Source of the DNA: Bacteroidota bacterium
GTDB lineage: Bacteria > Bacteroidota > Ignavibacteria > Kapaibacteriales > UBA2268
Assembly: GCA_029974985.1 (NCBI GenBank)
Contig: JARKQC010000227.1
Span: 88,192 to 152,191, forward strand
Direction: 5' to 3'
Length of the DNA: 64,000 bases
The notes beneath the pieces were generated by a model. That model was not told the DNA's origin, made no database searches, and worked only from the letters and a program-made list of their open reading frames with translations. The position numbers and the translations under genes were made by a program. Shown in pieces: positions 60,266 to 64,000 of this stretch; the first letter of the stretch is position 1, and every line of letters starts with the position of its first letter.

Positions 60266-60274
60266 TTTTCCCTC

Positions 60275-62506
60275 TTATACATTCATTATATTTGGTATCG
60301 TATTTTCATAAATTTCTACTATTTTTGAAACAGAAACATTTATAAAATCATTAATTATAAAATTTTCTTTTCTAACTTTGCCAATTCTTTCGAAAGGTAC
60401 CTTATAGGAATTACAAAGTTGTTCTAATTCTTTTGTTTTTTCATTATTTAATGATACAACAACTCTACTTTGTGATTCTCCATATATTCGCCCAACAGTA
60501 TTATCACTTAACTTAATTTCGCAGCCCAATCCGCTTGCAATTGATTTCTCTGCAAGACAAACTGCTAATCCACCTTCGCTAATATCGTGAGCTGAATTAA
60601 TTAATTTAGTTCTAATTGCATTTAAAATTACTTTATGTAAATTATGTTCATTATCTAAATTTAAAATAGGTGCTTTGCCAGAAATTTTTCCATTATTTAT
60701 TTTAAGATATTCCGAACCTCCAATTTCGCAATTTTCAAAGCCAATGAGATAAATTTCATCTCCGACGTTTTTAAATTCCATACTCATAATTTTATCTAAA
60801 TCATCAATAATTCCAAGCATTCCAATTGTTGGAGTTGGATATACTGCAAATTCCTTAGATTCATTATGAAAACTTACATTTCCACCAGTAACGGGCGTAT
60901 CGAATTTTCGGCACGCATCGCCCATACCTCGTATAGCTTCGCGGAATTGCCAATAAACTTCGGGATCATAAGGATTTCCAAAATTTAAACAATTTGTAAT
61001 AGCGACGGGTTCGGCACCTACGCAAACTACATTTCGAGCAGATTCAGCAACTGCCGCCATACCACCCATATATGGATCTAAATAAGTATATTTACTATTA
61101 CAATCAGTTTTAAGTGCTATTGCTTTGCCCGTAATTTCTTTAATTCTAACTATTGCGGCATCGCCAGAGATTCTAACTGTATTAGTACGAACTTGCGAAT
61201 CATACTGCTCGAAAATCCATCTTTTTGATGCAATTGTTGGTGAATTTAATAATTTTATAAATTCAACTTGATTAGCAGTATTTTGTGCAATACTTGTTGT
61301 GTCGAAATTACGAGTTTCTTTTAAATATTCGGGTTCTTTATATTCTCTATCATAAACGGGGGCGCCACCGCCGAGAACTAAATAATGAGCATCGAGTGCG
61401 GCAACCTTTTTGCCACTTCTTTCAATATGCACTATTCCATCACTTGTAACAACACCAATTTGAGAAATCGGAACGTCCCATTTATTACAAATTTCGATAG
61501 CTTTATCAACTTTATCTTTATTAATTACTGCGAGCATTCTCTCTTGAGATTCAGATAGCATAATTTCATAGGCGCTCATATTATCTTCGCGGAGAGGAAC
61601 TTTATCGAGATTTATATCCATTCCGAGACCATTTTTTGCACTCATTTCAGTAGTAGAGCAAGATATTCCTGCCGCACCCATGTCCTGAATACCAGCAATA
61701 GTGCCAGCATCAATTAATTCTAAGGTTGCTTCGAGAAGTAATTTTTCTGCAAATGGGTCGCCAACTTGTACCGTTGGACGCATATCTGCAGTCTTTTCAT
61801 CAAATTCACGTGATGCAAGTAGCGACGCTCCGTGAATACCGTCGCGTCCTGTCGAACTTCCTAAAATCATTACGGGATTGCCTACTCCCGAAGATGCCGC
61901 AGAAGCAGTTTTATCAGTTCTTACGATTCCAACAGCCATCGCATTTACAAGCGGGTTGTCGTGATAGCAGTTATCAAAATAAATTTCCCCTGCAACGGTA
62001 GGCACACCGAAGCAATTACCATAATGGCTTATTCCGCTTACTACGCCAGATAATAAGAATTTTGTTCGAGGATTATCAAGCTCACCAAAACGCAAAGAAT
62101 TAAGTGCGGCAATTGGTCTTGCACCCATTGTAAATATATCTCTTAATATGCCACCTACGCCTGTCGCCGCACCCTGAAAAGGCTCGATTGCAGAAGGGTG
62201 ATTATGGCTTTCTATCTTAAATGCAATAGCATATCCATTTCCAATATCTACTAATCCCGCGTTTTCTTCGCCTGCCTCGACAAGTAAGCGACCGCCCGAG
62301 CGCGGTAAAGTTTTTATCTGTTTAATAGAATTTTTATACGAACAATGCTCGCTCCACATAACGCTATAAATACCCAATTCGGTATAGGTAGGGGTTCTTC
62401 CAAGAATTTCGAGGATTTTTTCATATTCACCCTTAGTCAAACCAAGTTCAAGAGCGGTTTCGAGAGTTACATTAATTTCACTATATAAATTAATACTATC
62501 TTTCAT
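60275..62506 (-). CDS. purL: Phosphoribosylformylglycinamidine synthase subunit PurL
   Basis: MWSEHCSYK, ESHNHPS, DMGAAG, SESQERM, TGGNVS. Confidence 0.98.
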   Translation of the reverse strand: MKDSINLYSEINVTLETALELGLTKGEYEKILEILGRTPTYTELGIYSVMWSEHCSYKNSIKQIKTLPRSGGRLLVEAGEENAGLVDIGNGYAIAFKIESHNHPSAIEPFQGAATGVGGILRDIFTMGARPIAALNSLRFGELDNPRTKFLLSGVVSGISHYGNCFGVPTVAGEIYFDNCYHDNPLVNAMAVGIVRTDKTASAASSGVGNPVMILGSSTGRDGIHGASLLASREFDEKTADMRPTVQVGDPFAEKLLLEATLELIDAGTIAGIQDMGAAGISCSTTEMSAKNGLGMDINLDKVPLREDNMSAYEIMLSESQERMLAVINKDKVDKAIEICNKWDVPISQIGVVTSDGIVHIERSGKKVAALDAHYLVLGGGAPVYDREYKEPEYLKETRNFDTTSIAQNTANQVEFIKLLNSPTIASKRWIFEQYDSQVRTNTVRISGDAAIVRIKEITGKAIALKTDCNSKYTYLDPYMGGMAAVAESARNVVCVGAEPVAITNCLNFGNPYDPEVYWQFREAIRGMGDACRKFDTPVTGGNVSFHNESKEFAVYPTPTIGMLGIIDDLDKIMSMEFKNVGDEIYLIGFENCEIGGSEYLKINNGKISGKAPILNLDNEHNLHKVILNAIRTKLINSAHDISEGGLAVCLAEKSIASGLGCEIKLSDNTVGRIYGESQSRVVVSLNNEKTKELEQLCNSYKVPFERIGKVRKENFIINDFINVSVSKIVEIYENTIPNIMNV

Positions 62507-62668
62507 AATCTACTTTACTAATTTATTTATTTTTTACATATTATACGAATTTAAAAATAAGTATTTTTTTTCATATATCTTAATTATAAGAGAATTATAA
62601 AATAAATTAAAAAATTAGTATAAGTATCTAATTGCTTAAGATTAGTATTTTTGCTTGTTTTTCACCCA

Positions 62669-62695
62669 TTGTCCCATACTTAAAATATAGGACAA
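62669..62695. repeat. Degenerate GTAG-type REP hairpin
   Basis: ttgtcccatacttaaaatataggacaa, similar to 49471-49499. Confidence 0.6.
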
Positions 62696-62712
62696 CGGTA
62701 TAAAAGAAAATA

Positions 62713-64000
62713 TTAAGCACTTAATTCTTGAAAAGTATTATTTAATGAATTTTTTATCATTGATAAGGCACGGTCTATGGTTGTAATTTTTGTTCTAAAA
62801 GATAGAATTGCCATACGAATTACAAAATTGCCTTTTAAAGATGTTGAGCTTAAAAATACACTTCCATCTTTATGAATATATTCCATTAATTTTTTATTAA
62901 ATTCATTTTGATTTTTTTCTCGTGGATACCAAAAATAACTAACTGATAAATCGGGCTTAGGTCCGACTTTAAATCCCATTTCTACTAATTTTTCTCTAAA
63001 ATATTCAGTTAATAATAATTTTTCCTCTAAACAAGCAATAAATGATTCAATTCCGTGATATTGAAGTGGCAGCCATATACGTAAACCTCTAAAATGTTTT
63101 GTCAGTTCGGGTGATAAATTTGTAGGATTTTCGAGTATATCTTTCGGTATAGCGTCCTGCATATAACTTGCAGTATATAAATTTGAATGCAAAACAGCTT
63201 TGGCATCTTTTACCAAAACTGCACCAACACCATAAGGTATAAACATACCTTTATGGGGGTCAACAACTATCGAATCAGCTTTTTCTATTCCTTTAAACAA
63301 ATGTTTTTTCGATGTTAGAACAAAAAATCCACCATAAGCGGCATCAATATGAAACCATAAATTATTCTCTTTAGCTATTTGAGCAATAGAATCGAGTGGG
63401 TCAATAACACCGACATCTGTCGTTCCCGCAGAAGCAATAATTAAAAATGGATTTAATCCCTCATTTTTATCAATTTGAATTTGCTTTTTTAAAGCTTCAA
63501 CACTAATTTTAAAATCATCATCTAACTCAATATATCTTAGGATTACATCTTCTAAACCTATTATTCGTAATGATTTTTTAATACAATGATGCGCTTGATC
63601 ACTAAGATAAATCACGCTTTTGGGTATTTTTTCATTTTTTATTTTATGCTTATCTCTAGCGGCAGTTAAAGCTATTAAATTTGAAATCGAACCGCCAGAA
63701 GCAAGATTTCCAACCGCATCTTCTGGAAATGAAAATACTTTTTTCAACCAATTTAGAACCTCATTTTCTATTGCAACTGCACCCGGCGAAGCAAAAGAAA
63801 CCCCGGCATATTCATTTGAGACTGCCGCTAAAAAATCTGCTAATGACGAGGCATATATACCACCAGCGGGGATATAGCCCACGTGTCCACCCGAAGCGGC
63901 AACAATACCACTTTCGATAACTTCATCATTGTAAATATTGATAATTTCATCAATACTTTTTGTATTGTTATCAATACTAATTTTTTTATGATTGATTTCT
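62713..64000 (-). CDS. Group II PLP-dependent amino-acid decarboxylase, 5' end outside the window
   Basis: SGGSISN, AGTT, HIDAAYGG, DPHK PLP lysine; frame open to the right edge. Confidence 0.9.
   Translation of the reverse strand, partial: EINHKKISIDNNTKSIDEIINIYNDEVIESGIVAASGGHVGYIPAGGIYASSLADFLAAVSNEYAGVSFASPGAVAIENEVLNWLKKVFSFPEDAVGNLASGGSISNLIALTAARDKHKIKNEKIPKSVIYLSDQAHHCIKKSLRIIGLEDVILRYIELDDDFKISVEALKKQIQIDKNEGLNPFLIIASAGTTDVGVIDPLDSIAQIAKENNLWFHIDAAYGGFFVLTSKKHLFKGIEKADSIVVDPHKGMFIPYGVGAVLVKDAKAVLHSNLYTASYMQDAIPKDILENPTNLSPELTKHFRGLRIWLPLQYHGIESFIACLEEKLLLTEYFREKLVEMGFKVGPKPDLSVSYFWYPREKNQNEFNKKLMEYIHKDGSVFLSSTSLKGNFVIRMAILSFRTKITTIDRALSMIKNSLNNTFQELSA

Overview
Very AT-rich bacterial chromosome segment, most consistent with Bacteroidota sensu lato (Ignavibacteria / 'Ca. 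Kapabacteria'-like). This rests on TAnnTTTG promoters, a PorV-family barrel, many T9SS C-terminal sorting domains and a glyA insertion typical of that lineage; the taxonomy is inferred, not searched. The backbone is housekeeping (guaB, atpD/C, glyA, meaB, rdgB, rsgA, recJ, pbpC, maf, plsY, pyrF, kbl, purL, tRNA-Val). Notable content: (i) a 758-aa channel fusing a BacNav-type voltage sensor and pore (filter AFEGW) to a CASTOR/POLLUX-type double-RCK tail; (ii) a stand-alone flhF-flhG-orf-fliA-HDOD operon with no flagellar structural genes, continuing into a degenerate pseudo-histidine kinase and an AMIN/TPR membrane protein; (iii) cassette-like accessory blocks: a 2-lipoprotein unit flanked by an exact 38-bp duplicated terminator, and tandem T9SS-cargo units sharing ~93-bp left and right borders but carrying unrelated cargo; (iv) two decayed islands (next to tRNA-Val and after pyrF) with remnants of invertases, YhcG, a RelE-like toxin, a restriction enzyme and an S24 repressor; (v) several REP-like repeat families; (vi) recJ coupled to a Dna2-like nuclease-helicase, and a probably inactive M24 peptidase. 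No CRISPR array, rRNA, intact transposase/integrase or reverse transcriptase was seen. All family assignments come from motif recognition by eye.
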